The translations under genes and the position numbers were made by a program. From the NCBI GenBank assembly GCA_012295275.1, contig CM022670.1, positions 24,676,001-24,740,000 of the forward strand: a DNA stretch of 64,000 nt, given 5' to 3'. Below the pieces are notes generated by a model, which was not told the DNA's origin, searched no databases, and worked only from the letters and a program-made list of their open reading frames with translations. Of this stretch, positions 41,507 through 55,489 are shown in pieces (position 1 is the first letter of the stretch; each line of letters opens with the position of its first letter). The DNA comes from Chrysomallon squamiferum. Its lineage: Eukaryota > Animalia > Mollusca.

Positions 41507-43276
41507 AGTATGGATATTGCTTATCTCATAAAGTATGCAAATATGACAAATATCGAAATAATCTATGTATCGAATATAGTAAATGTAAATAATTAAAAAA
41601 GAAGGTATTTATCTAAAAGTATTCCCAATGATTAGGTCCATCGTATCAACTTTTTCAGTCAATAATGTTGATGATGATAATGAGAAGGAGGAAGATGATG
41701 AAATAATGAAAAAGTAACAAATCAACAACAAATGAGTAGTGAATGCTTATTCTGCTTTCGGTTGATGTTACATAATCGATTTAGGAACAATGCGCTCCGC
41801 CTCTGAATGATAGAAAGAAACCAGATGTATGTACAGGCCAAGTTCATTATATACAGAGGTAATCAGGTATTGCGGTAGACCAGCTTTTTCTACGAAATGG
41901 GAATTATACGAACGTTCATCTCTCGAGTTAGCAGCATCTGAGATTATACTAAGACTTCTTGTATTTATTTATTTTATTTATTTTTCTTCCGAACGGAAAG
42001 TCGATTACAAAACTTCAGTTGTTAGAAGTTTTAAATTACAAGTTGTTTTGAAGAGTTTCAAGTGACAAACATGAACAGTGACAATCTGCTTTACGTTATA
42101 ACTGACTGGAACCGATCTCTGATGTTCTGTCCATTACTTGTTTTTTAAGAATATAGAATTATATCTAGCCACCTGGTCTTTTTAACGTCTGAACTGGTAG
42201 CTGTTAGGTCACGTTATAACAGCAGCTCAAATTTCATGGTAAATCACAACCACAGAAAATGGCTTGGTTGACGTGGCTTTGTCATGTTAACTAGAGCGAG
42301 CTGTCTCTTGTGCTCTGAGATTAGGAACTGAGATTGTCAACTCAAAACATTTAAATGTTATTATGTGTATGGATTAGATAAATCTGTGTAACTCCCTGTT
42401 TAGCTACACATTACTAGAACACAGATTCAGTTTATGTCTACAAGTGTACCCATGGTTGCATGGTCTTAACATATCACTCAATTTACATATGTATTTTATT
42501 GCCGATTAACCTGTTATTGCTGACAGTAAATCGTAACAATCAGATAACAGTAATACAAGAATTTTAAACTTTTTTCTTTCTTTTTCTGTTCGGCCGTCTG
42601 TTTTATATTTGTTTGTTTGTTGATGAAATGAGCAGTTAGGCTGCACAGCTGTGTGATTTTGAAACATTTAATAGTCAGTAGTCTGATATCCCGAATTTGA
42701 GGAAAAGAACAATAAAACAAAATCAACAGCGACAACAACAACAACAACAACAATAAAAGCCAAATTATAGTAAACAATGACAGCAAAAATATAATAATTA
42801 CTATTCGTGAAATGTGAATGTTATGCGAGAATATTTATGCCGAAAGGATGCTTCGGGAACGTAGGAATTCGCTTTACCCTGAAAAGATGTACACAGATTC
42901 AATACTTGTGTCTGTTAGGATCGTACATTTGATATATGCATTTATTTATATAAAGGTGAATGTTAGTCTTTTAAATAAATCGTATTAAAATGTATTGAAT
43001 GTGACTACGTAACTAAACACTGTGACAAGTCGGAGCAAGTCTTTTAAGCTACTGCTGTAATGGCTTGTACAACGACCTTTTCTTATTGTGTAATCTTTGA
43101 TATTACTGTCTTTCTACACTTACAATCATTCATTCCTAACAACAAATACTAGTGGCATTGCATTGTGAGCTTCTTCTCTGTAATTTTCAAAGAAGTCGAT
43201 TTACTCAGATATTCTGTATTATGCCTTTTTTTTATTTTTTATTTATAGCTGGGTATGATTAAATAAGGAAAACGCT

Positions 43277-43324
<48 letters not shown>

Positions 43325-44971
43325 TTTTTTTAAATATTCTGCAAAGAACGGGTATTAAGAAATCCCACGTAATGTACATTCCGATTTGATCATCTCACCT
43401 CACAAATATCTTCACGAGTCTATGCCAGGAAAAAAAACCCGACCGTCGTCCTTTGTGAGACTAAGTTGTGAGACGCGCGATAAAGATCTCAGAAATGTGA
43501 GCAGTGTGAATCAGACAGCCGTCACAAGACGTGCGGCAGTTTGTTCCTATTACTCCGTACTTACACAGATAATAATGACAGTCTTCTATTTTGGTGTCAG
43601 ATAATAATAACATTTTTCATAATAACTGAACCCGAATGCGAATATATGAAAGAGTAAAGAAAATCTGAAAGAAGTAACATATCACTAAGAAATTGAAAGA
43701 AAAAAAAAAAAGAAGAAGAAATATATATAAGTGAAAAAAAAAAAAAACAAGAAAAAAGCAAAACTAAGCCACTAAAAAAGGAAACAATTTCGCAAAACCA
43801 AAACCAGAATACTCACAACACTCAGTTTATGAACAAAGAAACAAATTAAAAAAAAAAAAAAATATTTACATTCATTTATTTAGCTTTCAACACATCTGAT
43901 TTTCATATAAACCATTTTTAAATATTAATATTTAGGTTTACAAGGATGAAAACAAAACAAACAAAAAATAAAAAATAAAAAAATAAAAGCAACCTACAAA
44001 CAAACAACAAAAGGAAAAAATACATTGCAGTTGTTAAGTATATATACTATATTTTTAATTTTGTAACAGTTTGTAGGGTTTTAAGTCAAAATCAATTTCT
44101 ACTACACAAAGACATCCTGAAAATGCATATACTTTTACAAGTACATCTTCTGGTTTGACAACAGTTCAAGATTTATCAAGTATACCAACTTTCTTTGATC
44201 CTGTGTGCAATTAAAACTTTTATCTGATCCTATAAGTAGATTAGGACCTGATTCAGATAAAAAATAGTCCAGTGCCACTACATAAAAAAAATGAAAATAT
44301 TTACTTTATGTTTTGTTTATATGTTCACAATAGTGCACACAGTGCAGTGTTTACAGAAACAAACTTCTTGTACTCTCTTGTTACTGGCGAGTAGGTTCAA
44401 CTGGTAAAATAAGTATAAAAATGATAGAAAAAAAAATCATTACTATGTGCACGTACTTTTTTTTCTCAAACAATAATACATCTCAGAAATTAGAAGGATG
44501 CCGATGAGGTGGTCTGATATATCTGAGGACTATATAATCAGTTCAGAAAATGTTTTTAAATATACTGTATATAATATATAATTAATATGAAAAATACATT
44601 CGTAAAATATATATATATATATAAAACAAAAATATTCAAAGAGAAAACATAATATAATCACAATTGTTTGTGTGTGTATGTTTGTGTGTCTGTTCAGTTT
44701 GAAAATCTTCAGTTTTAACGACATTAAACAATTGTTTTAAGAAATATACACATTGAATGATCTACCATATGCGACAGTTATTTAGCAAACATAATTACAC
44801 ATTTCATAAAAATGCATTTGAGTATTTCCTGCTTCTTTATAAATTATGAAGACAATTTACTTTTTGTTTTCGATTTAATCAGAAACAATTCATCCAGAAG
44901 GATAGTGAATGGCTGTTAGCATTACACATACAGATCATATATATCTATATCTAGATTTATATCTATCTATT

Positions 44972-45064
<93 letters not shown>

Positions 45065-47500
45065 GAAAAATAATAAAATTGGAAAATTTTAATATGTCTT
45101 TTATATAGAATTGATCTTCAAGAAACTGTATAAAATAATCGTTTGCATTTTTATGTATAAAGACGCCAACATACCAAAAGCAAATGATTGTTTTCAAAAT
45201 ACAAACCAAACTGTTTAAACAAACTAAGCACTATAAACGAAATCACAGATTAAAGGATTGTCCTAGTTTCCTCGACTCGTCGAGCACCGATAAAAACAGA
45301 AACGAAATATTAACCAATTCTGAACAGAAATCACTGAAATAACAAATAAAACGATTTCTTCGTTTTGTCGTTGCGAACACATGTGGTGTTAACGTAAACA
45401 AACATTTACGTTAAAAATACCAGTCTGTTGCAGACCTACTACAAACACTGTGGATTAGATCTAACATTTCTCTAACACGTACATCACCAGTTTTGTATAC
45501 TTAACACTGAGCGACGGATTGTGTTCCAGTTATGTTCCAAAATATCAGCTAATAATACATAAACGTACTAACAAATCAACGTACTTCACCAATACATCGA
45601 AGACATCTGTGGCCAAATCCAAAATTGTTTTCATACAAAGATGCTCGTGTCTGAATAGGCTTCAGATGACAGTTGGTGCAGGTTTACGTGTGTCTTAAGA
45701 TTTTCAAGTGTATTTCATAAAACAAAGCACGGTTCTAAACATGTTTCAAATTCATTTCTTACAAAGATACCTGCAAACATATGAAATATTCCAAGACATT
45801 TGTATATCTTTAGAAAGGAGATCTTTGTAAGGAAATTTTTTTTTACACATGCATCTCAATATGGAGAGAGACACAGGTGTATATTTGTAAATAACGATCC
45901 GAAACATTTTAAGACCTAAACAGTTTCGTAAAATAGAGATAACGTTCGACAAAAATCAGCTCAAAACATCTTTAGACACGAACGTACTTGCTTGAAATTA
46001 GTCTGAAATATGTTTATGTATACTGTTGTATGAAAATTTTGTAGACCAAGATTTTCTTTATCAAATAAAAATATCTTCAGATGTTATCTTTCTATAGCAT
46101 GGACAAAGATCATATTCTCTTCTGAGGATAAACTGTCTTAATAACAGTACCTCAATTTCCCGTTTTCTGAACAAAGAACACAGTTTTTATTGTTCGTCCT
46201 TTTTTATATAATTATCTGGTTCTTATGTGAAACGTATTACTCTGACCACCCTGTCTTCAAAAAAGCTTACAAAGAGGTTTTTTTAAAGTAAATATTACGA
46301 AATCTGTTTACCACGGATGTCAAATATCTAGCTACTATGTGTATAGTCTATAAAAGAAGAAAAAGAAGAGGAAGAAGAAGAAGAAGAAGAAAAAAAATAA
46401 TAAACATTTAAAAAATGATCAATAGACGACTAAAAACATCTTGTCTTTTCTGAAATCATAATAACTATATTAATTAACTAACTCATCACCACTATCACCA
46501 TCATTGTTATTAGTGTTAGTAGTATTAGTATTAGTATTGGTATCAGTTTTACTGACAAATAAAAAAGTGTGATTTAAGCTACTTTATAAAAAGGTGATAC
46601 GAGCAAATATGTAAAAACAAAAATACATTGATAGGACAAATGTTTTACATATGTAACAAAAATAATTTCTAATACACAAGCATTTAAAAATTATTTTATA
46701 TAGTACCGTTACCACTGCTACTAATATAACTGTTTTAGCAATAGTAATTGTAATAGTAAATAATTACAGTAGTTGTTATTGTTTTCTTATTATTCTCGTT
46801 GTAGTAATAGTATGCATTAATTTAATAAGTCAAACAAAAAACAAGAAAAAAACAACAGCTGGTGTCAATATGAACATCGATTGGATAAATAAACAGACAA
46901 ACAAATAAATATCACAAAGACGATTGTTAAAACATATAATTAAACACTACATTTTTATTTATTTATTCAATAAATTATAAATGGAAAGAATAATACTTCT
47001 AATAAATCAACGCAAACAAATAAATAAATCATAAATAAATAAATAAATAAATAAATAAATATACAGTTTATATATCAAAAAATGAAAACAACAACAATAT
47101 ATTGACAATATTTTTGCGATATAAGAATGAAAAATCACCGTACTGTAAAAACATGTTCACCGTTTCAAATATTCATTGATCATAACTGTGTAAATATAAA
47201 TAAATAAGTAGAACCCCGAATACTGTAGAGCCGACAATTCTAGTGAGATAACAGAAACAATGAAGCATTCATCAAAAAATATTTCAAGACATCTCATCAC
47301 ATTAATAGATACGTTTGTTATGTAATGATAAGAAAACGTTTACTGACGGTCTGTTTTTTACTGACTGGAAAGTTCTGTTCACCTTCTTTTCTCTTATACT
47401 GGAAACAACGCGATACCTTTACCTTGGATCCTCCTTACATCGAGCCTGCGACCATTGGCACGCCAAACCATTCCCTGACAGACAGAGATGGAGCCATAGT

Positions 47501-48062
47501 TTACATATGTGAGATATATTCTGTACGTGTCGGTGACACGTGAACAAGAGTATCACAGAACGAGGAAAACTGAGAACACTCTTGATTATCACAAACCGAA
47601 AATTTCTCGTTGCAAATGCGGTAGCAAACTTCAGAACTAAGACTGTCTGTATTGTCTGCGGCGTTCACAAAATCTGTGAAGCTTTCATCTGAGTTCCTGG
47701 ATATCGTATCTGATTGTTGTCCACCATTACCACCGTCTTTCGCCGAATAATCTGAACTGTCTGAAGTATTATTGTTCTCATTAAGCATAATCGTAGATTT
47801 TCTAGTGATTTCGTTAGGCACTGTCTTGAGATCATCCATTTTCCTTGACTGGACTGTCAAATGATCTTTCTCGATACCACACTGGTTTGTACTATCAGAG
47901 ATACGGCTATCTGTTTGATTGAATGATCTGTTTGCTAAACTACGATCTGCAGAGTGGGGGGCTGTGTTGTACGTTACAACTGATTGCGAGATGTCACTGA
48001 CTGTGCTGGAACCCAGAGTTGTTGCAGACAGCGTAGAGGTCCACGTTTTTTGTGAGTGCGAT
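47501..48062 (-). CDS. GPCR paralogue B, exon 2 (Ser/Thr-rich C-tail); full protein about 506 aa
   Basis: Acceptor tttcgctcaaacttttccag|A. AG+A=Arg continues in the frame of the 202-aa ORF (RSHSQKTWTSTLSATTL...). Confidence 0.8.
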
Positions 48063-50347
48063 CTGGAAAAGTTTGAGCGAAAAAAAAAAAATTTTTTAAT
48101 ATAGTGCATTTAAATATTAACTAGTTTCTACTGCTGCTTCCCCTACCACTACTAATACTGCAGTAGCTACTACTACTTTTACAGCTATTACTACTAAGTG
48201 TTCTACTAATACTGCTATAGTTTCTACTACTTCTACTACAACCACTGCTATTAAAACAACGATTACTATACTATTACTACTTCTTTTCTTCCTCCTCCTT
48301 CTCCTACTACTACAGTTATAACAACACCATTGCTGTAGTTACAACTATTTGTATTACAACTATTTTTATTACTGCTGCTTCTGCCATTATAGACACAACT
48401 ACAATTACTATTAACGTAACTTGCACGTATAAGGTCACTACTGTTTTTCCTTCTGTTATGGCTACCGCCTCTACAACTAACTATTTTATTCCAGCTATTA
48501 CTTCCACAACATGTCATGTTCCAGCTATTAATATATTTTTGTGTAACAATCACTAAGTATGTTTTGTTTGAATAGAATGTACCTAAACATAGGTCAAAGG
48601 TCGTTCTAGCTACATGAAAATGAATAAAATCCAAACTGATCTGTTATCATAAAATTATGACATATGCAGAAGGTATTTATTTATAGGATAAATATTTATT
48701 GAAAAAAACACACAAGAAACCCAGTAATAAATGGTTGGGCAACATCTCAAAATAACACAGAACAAACCAGTGAAAAAAAAACATAACAACAAGAAAATAA
48801 CGTTAGAAGACTGTTTAAAACGATATCTAATACTGTATTTAAACATTTGATAGGTGATACATGTTACCTAATGTTTGGGTAAACAGTCCCACAGACAGAT
48901 TTTGAAACCCAGATAAACTAGTCATGCATATACGTTTGAATATTTACACTATGTGCATGTGTTTATGTGTTAGTGTGACTATTCATATGTATATATAAAA
49001 ATGCACATACATTCATACATACATACGTAAGTGCATATGAACATATATATATATATGCATCCATTCATACATATATACATATATACATATGGACATAATA
49101 CATTAGATACGTTCATCCACAACAGTGCAAGAGCTTCTTTTACGTTCTTCATAATGGTGCAGTAGCTTATACACACGTTCATCCATAATAGTCCCGAGTA
49201 TTCAGAAGATGTTTTGTTACATTTAGTACCGAAATTACTGTTCATTTAGTCATTTAGGTAGACACATAGGTAATTTTCTTTCTTTATTCAGTTAGTGAAA
49301 AGGCCCAGTTTTTTATTTTTTATTTTTAGACCTGATCTTAATCATCGCTATCTTAAAATGTTTGGTCTGTTTTGTAGCCTGGTTAGTAATAACTTGTATC
49401 TACTTTGAACTGTATCTGGATTTAATGAAAGGAGATAGAGAACTTCTCGCGAATCTGCCGTACATGCATAGGTAGGGTACCTATTCAATTTTAGCGATTT
49501 ATAAGGAAAGATATTTTGAAAAAAAGCACATAAGATTATGATTACAAATGTGATGTTATTTATGATACAATTCACACTAGGGGTATCGGATGTCTTGCTT
49601 TCCATTTAACAGCAACAAAAATGATATCCAACATGGCGATTGTGAAAAGAAGCCATCCTTTTCAAAACCTAGCCAAAATATGTCATGTAAACGATAACTC
49701 GAGCTGACACATGAACATTACACTTTTAAAACCTTTAACACTGAATTTTTATTTAAAAAAATATATATATATACAATTATTCAAAGTATATACTTAGACC
49801 CTGTGTCAATAATTTTACATTGAATTTAAAAATCTTTCCGAGTTATATATACTGAATGTGTATACTAAAACTTTTTTAAATTAGAATTTCGATTATTGAG
49901 ATAATTAAGATGTGTATATCCGTGCTTTTTGTGCAAGTTGTATATGTTTTATATTCGTCTACGTTTATAACTGTTTTTGTTATTGGCTGCTGATTCCCTT
50001 CCAGTGTTCTTGGTGAATCAAAGTAAAATACATTTCCTTCTCTAAGAAGTACGTGCTGCGGGACTGAGATACCATGGGTTCCTGGGTCAGTCTTCGCCCT
50101 CGGTTTGTGTTTTCTTGTACGAAGTGTATGTGTGTGTTGGTACAGTTGTCTATGTGTTGTGTGCTAAAGGTATGTAGGATATTTACTTTATGCTGTTTTG
50201 TCTGTACATGCGATTGGTTTTGTCTGTACATGCGATTGATTTCGTATGTTTCTAGATTTTTTTCGTTAATATCTAAGCGTGTCTAAGATAATGAGAATAT
50301 TAAAAAAAAAACTAATTATACGACAAATTTAAAATTCGAATACATAC

Positions 50348-51306
50348 CTCGATGATCTACGCCGAAACATTTTAAGAAACTCCTTTTTAAATTTTTTGAT
50401 AGTACGTATATAAACGAGACTGTTGATGGCATAGTTAAAGAACAATATTAGGTAAGTAATGGTCCAAATAAGATGTATATCTTCATCTTCACTGAAAGTT
50501 GTTCGTTTGTCAATCACATATATCACAGCATTAGGAAAAGACAAACAGACGTAAAGGATTGCCAAAAACACAAGTATTCTTGTTTCAGACGAATTTCTAT
50601 CCACAACTCGCCAGCCATCGGTATTTGGCCCTTTTAAGCTTATTGCCAAAACATTTGGATTGTGAACTAAACCTGAATGTTTAAGTTTACGGACTATTAA
50701 TACAGAACACGTCATCATTATCGCAAATGGTAAAAGAGATAAAAACGACAAATTTAACCACACAAAGACTTCATCGTCATAATATTTCGTACTATTATTT
50801 CCTACAACTTCACATTCACGTTCGACATTTAGTTCGTACGTCCACAACAGATGGTTATTTAGTACACACGAAAGTGAGATTATAATAATTAGTTTCCATA
50901 TAACACGTCTTGTAGTGCACCATGAATGAAATTGAAAAGGGAAGTATGTTTGCGTTAACCTCTCCACTGAAAGTGATACCAAAATCCATCCGGACAACTG
51001 CGGTAAAACGTAGGCAAGAAATTCGTGAATTTTACAACTTGCATCGCACAGAGTTCGTACATCATAGTCAAACGTGAACTTGATCCACAGTCTGCCGAGA
51101 TTGTTGATCAAAACAGCGCTGTCAGTGATCGCTAAAACAAACAAATGAAAGTAGGTAGTCGACGACGTAACTTTCAGTTTTCTGAAAATCCACATCGCGG
51201 TAAAATTTCCAGTTAAACCAAGGATGAAAATTATAGGGCCACATATTTTCCAAAAATATGTTTCTATCTCGAGCATTTTGTTTTCTGCTTTGTCTGTTGC
51301 GTTCAT
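50348..51306 (-). CDS. class A GPCR paralogue B, exon 1 (7TM core)
   Basis: GLTGN, LAITD, SCKIH, ERL, LLPF, CLSFP, NYAINSLVY. Consensus donor TCGAG|GTATGT at 50348/50347 after 959 nt (phase 2). Confidence 0.9.
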
Positions 51307-51504
51307 GTTAAGCGTTGATTTCTGTAGTTGACACAGTCATGGTTAAGAATAAAATGACGGGTTTGTGTCTGACACAGAGCAAATAAAGAAAGACACGGCT
51401 CACAAACCACGTTCGGCAGAATTGAATTACACGGCATATCCTTTTTAGTTCCTGGAAACCTAATCTGCATATGTATTACCTTCCCAGGATGTTAATGAAA
51501 CGTG

Positions 51505-51554
<50 letters not shown>

Positions 51555-52555
51555 GAATTTTCTGTTGTAATATAAGAATGTGTGAACCAATCATGTTTCA
51601 TGTAAAACTCATTCGAGCCCAACTGATCCAGAGTCATCTTTCAATCAATAATCTGACGTACTCGACTGCGCAATCAGTTCAAAACTTTTATTAAAACTTA
51701 TTTATGTTATGATTTTTTTTTCTTTCGTTCATTTGTAGCTACGAAACTGTAATTTGTTATTTATTTTTTTTTTTTTGGCAACTTCACTGTTTTCGTTAGC
51801 TTTTCTGCTGATATATATTATTTTCAGTTTGTTATTGTTTTTTCTCTAGTATCACGATTAAAACACTGTTATAGTCACAGACAAACGTGATTATCTACAA
51901 ATATATGTTTTATTCTTCTGTGTATCATGTTTAGTTTTTTTGTCTGTGTGACACTTGTTAATGTATATATATAAACAACCAAAAATATAACAAAAAACAA
52001 ACTAAAATAATAAAAATCAAAATCAAATACTTCTGCAAATAATATGGGCTATAAAATATGGAATATAGTTATTGTTCGTCAATTTCCTTGACGTTGGTGA
52101 AAACAAAACTGCACTATTTACTCCCACTTTAAAATAAACCGATATTTGTATGCTCATATATATTTTATATTCATCTGTGTCTTAAAACATTTATACCGAT
52201 CTCTATGCGTTTATATGTATCTTTATTTTCATTATATAATAAATGTTTGCAGTTAATTACAATGACTCTGTCATAAGGATCATAAAAATACTTTCATTTT
52301 TAAAAATCCTTTTGAATATTTTCGTAAGAAAATTATGATCTGAAAAAGGCGAAGCTGTCACGAATATAGGCACGCGAGCATAAAATCACCACTGCGCATG
52401 TTAACATTACACATTTATACAAACAAACGTCTAAACTGCTTACATGTGATTGATCAACAGCACACACGCTATATTGCAATGCAAACCCTTTTTGTTTATT
52501 AAGGTGTCAACTGTCAATAACCTGAACGCCGGATATGTTACAAAACAGTTCACGA

Positions 52556-52959
52556 TCTGATTCAACGAGTGATTTAATGTTAAGTAATAAAATGGAAGAA
52601 AACAAAACAAAAAACAATGAAAAATACAAATAAACTGATTTAGGCGGTCTGATTCAAGGAGTGATTTAATATTAAGTAATAAAATGGAAAAAAACAAAAA
52701 AAGAACACAAAGAAAAACAAACGGATATCTGTTTCATAAACTGATTCAGGCGGTCTGATTCAAGGAGTGATTTAATATTAAGTAATAAAATGGAAAAAAA
52801 CAAAAAAAGAACACAAAGAAAAACAAACGGATATCTGTTTCATAAACTGATTCAGGCGGTCTGATTCAAGGAGTGATTTAATATTAAGTAATAAAATGGA
52901 AAAAATACAACAAAAAACAAACAAACGGATACCTGTTTCATAAACTGATTCAGGCGGTC
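52556..52959. repeat. tandem repeat, 106-bp unit, about 3.7 copies
   Basis: aaactgatt(t/c)aggcggtc recurs at 52632, 52738, 52844 and 52942; the central copies are nearly identical. Confidence 0.92.
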
Positions 52960-53166
52960 GTCACGTTCTTTCTTCATCTTTTTTCTGACCAGCGTACCAA
53001 TGAATTACACGTTTTTGTTCAGACATATTATTATTATTATAATATACAGAATAAAACTGTAAAAAAAAAAAAAAAAAAAAAACCTACACGGAAAGATTAA
53101 CTATTTTAAATAATTGACTAAGAAATAAAAACCTGAAACTTGTTACAGTATGAATTATTTTTACTT

Positions 53167-53967
53167 CTAGATTAATTTAACGTGTAGTCCATCTCTAGAT
53201 TACTGTCATAAATTTAGCGACCATTCCCACTCCAGAATACTGTTACAGTTTAACGACTTCCCTGTGTACAGTACTTATACTATTTTAGCAAGAATTCTCT
53301 GTCTAGATTTTTCTATACCAATCATCCCCACTCTAGATTACTATTACTACAGAACTTCACACAAAGACAACCATTTAACTTAAACCCACTCTCAAGATTA
53401 AGGTAAATAATTATCTGGATTACACTCACCACGTTAACAAGTTTTAAATTTACCTTATTGATTTAACGATCATTCCCTCCCTAGATTACTGTCACTGATT
53501 TTAATGTAGCTCATTTTTACTCGTTATCAGATCTATATTTCCAACGTACTTGTTCTACAAGATCGTAATTTCACCTTATGTATTTTAATCTTGTATAAAA
53601 GATCAAACAAATTAGACACAGTGTGAAAATAATGACGGTCTATAAAATTAACATTACGTTATTTTATTTTTCAGTCTTTTTCTGCGTTAATAATTTTTAT
53701 TGCTGTTTATTATTATTAGTAGTAGTAGTAGTAGTAGTAGTAGTATTTTATTTTACTCTTTTTTTATGGTTAAAGCGTACTCATAGACGAGAGTATACTT
53801 TATAACTAATGAAATAAATTAATTAATAACTATAATAAATAAAGAAATAAATAAATAAAATTGGAATACTCCTGATGCTTCTTTGAACGTCAGTTTCAGT
53901 GTACGTCATGATTTTAAATTGTAGACCTTGGAACTTAATCTTGTGAATCAGATTCACCACTATAAAT
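53167..53967 (-). repeat. inverted copy of the ovo intron-1 repeat (3650-4830)
   Basis: Reverse-complement similarity; this copy lacks the internal duplication. Confidence 0.85.
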
Positions 53968-53991
53968 GCTGTAAATGTGTGTATGATTTCT

Positions 53992-54100
53992 TATCTGCGA
54001 CGGACGCGCCCGCTGACCTGTCAGAAAGCGTGCCCGTCGCAGACGTGCTTCACAACAGCTTGCTCTGATTAGCACATTAATTTTTTTCACTTCACTTCAC
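53992..54100 (+). mobile_element. 5'-truncated retroposon (LINE/SINE 3' end) with a 13-bp TSD
   Basis: GTGTATGATTTCT at 53979-53991 and 54101-54113, a (TTCAC)3 tail, and an internal GC-rich hairpin at 53994-54043. Confidence 0.7.
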
Positions 54101-54396
54101 GTGTATGATTTCTATATATGTATATGAACACGTACCTGATTTCAAAATGAATATATTTTTTATACACAGACAGTATTATAACAAATGTGGCATACATTTT
54201 CATAGATATAAAACGAAAACTAATAATGATTTATTTATTATAAAACTACTGTCAAGTCATTACATTCTTTTCAACGAAACATTAATGCAGAATATTTCAA
54301 CCAAGAAACTATTAAAAACATTTCTTTTGAATGACAAAAACGTTTAATTTATCATTAAGGTAAGATCACAATGGTTCTTTTGAAGTAGGAATTAAC

Positions 54397-54612
54397 ATGA
54401 ATTTAGCGAACCTTTTTAATTTCATTTAAAATGTGCATGCAACCGATAACTATAAAGATTAAAAGTGAAAAACTAAATTGATAACAAACATTACGTAGAG
54501 ATTTCTTTAATGCAGTTCTTCCTGGTTAACTGACGTTTAAAGTCATATTTAATTTGTGTCTTCCTGTTGTTATGTTGTAAACGGTACATATTATATTTCT
54601 TCTTCCTCTTCT

Positions 54613-54615
<3 letters not shown>
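54397..54615 (-). repeat. inverted copy of 39640-39860
   Basis: Reverse-complement match. Confidence 0.85.
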
Positions 54616-54671
<56 letters not shown>

Positions 54672-55084
54672 TGTTTATCGTCATCATCGACGTCGTTGCT
54701 AATGCTGTGTCACCACTGTACATTTTGATAAACGTGTAAATGTGTAATTTATATTTTATACTCTGGAAAATACGAATTTAATATTTTATAAAATATGTTT
54801 GCTACCCAAATAACATCACTGGAAACAACTACATAGAAATGTCAAATTCTTATATATTGTATTTTATTTATTCAGGTGAACCTCGAAATTAACTTACAGT
54901 AAAGAAGTAATTTAGCAAAGTATGTCTAGCATGTCACAAAAAATAGAAAATATAATTATCGTGTTCACTTTTCTTGATTTATTTAATGTAACAGATTCTT
55001 CTTCCTATTCAATAACATTCAGAAAAGGAAGATATATTAAAATTACAGATTCTGACACTGCGAATGAACAGTTACATGACTATA

Positions 55085-55489
55085 TAAGGTGTATCATAAA
55101 ATTCCAAACATAGGAAAAATAAACGTTTTTATATGAAAAACCATTTTTGTTTAAATAATATGCCATTATGTTGAAACCACATTTCAGTGCGTGTGCTCCA
55201 CTGCTGAAGAACACGTTCAAACACAGATGGAGAGATATGCTTGTAATGGCGTTTGTGATACGTTGCTTGAAATGATTTGTGTTTTGTATCTTTTCCTGAT
55301 AAACCAATGCCCCAAACGGTAAAAATCAAGTGGGGGTAAGGTCTGGAGATCTGGGAGGCCATTCCACTGGACCACGCTGACCAATCCACGCACCTGGAAT
55401 CTGCTGATGTAACCAGTGACGTACGTGAATAGCAAATGAAGAAATACAATGTTAAAAACCATATGTATGGAAACTTATGGGACACCATG
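55085..55489 (-). mobile_element. internally deleted Tc1/mariner element retaining a catalytic-domain fragment
   Basis: Minus strand reads FAIHVRHWLHQQIPGAWIGQRGPVEWPPRSPDLTP, then a frameshift, then LDF... and VYQEKIQN. Degenerate TIRs TAAGGTGTATCATAAAATTCCAAACATA and CATGGTGTCCCATAAGTTTCCATACATA (rc), flanked by TA. Confidence 0.85.

Noticed and set aside
43330-43604. CpG-rich 72-aa ORF as an exon
   Set aside because: No convincing splice pair or recognisable motif; it may be regulatory DNA.
47325-47543. Pri/Tal-like peptide (TLDPPY) that might pair with ovo/svb
   Set aside because: It lacks LDPTGxY and lies antisense to the GPCR-B stop and 3' UTR. No pri-like polycistronic sORFs were seen in the window.
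52632-52959. CRISPR-like array
   Set aside because: The units are whole tandem duplicates with no unique spacers, and the context is eukaryotic.
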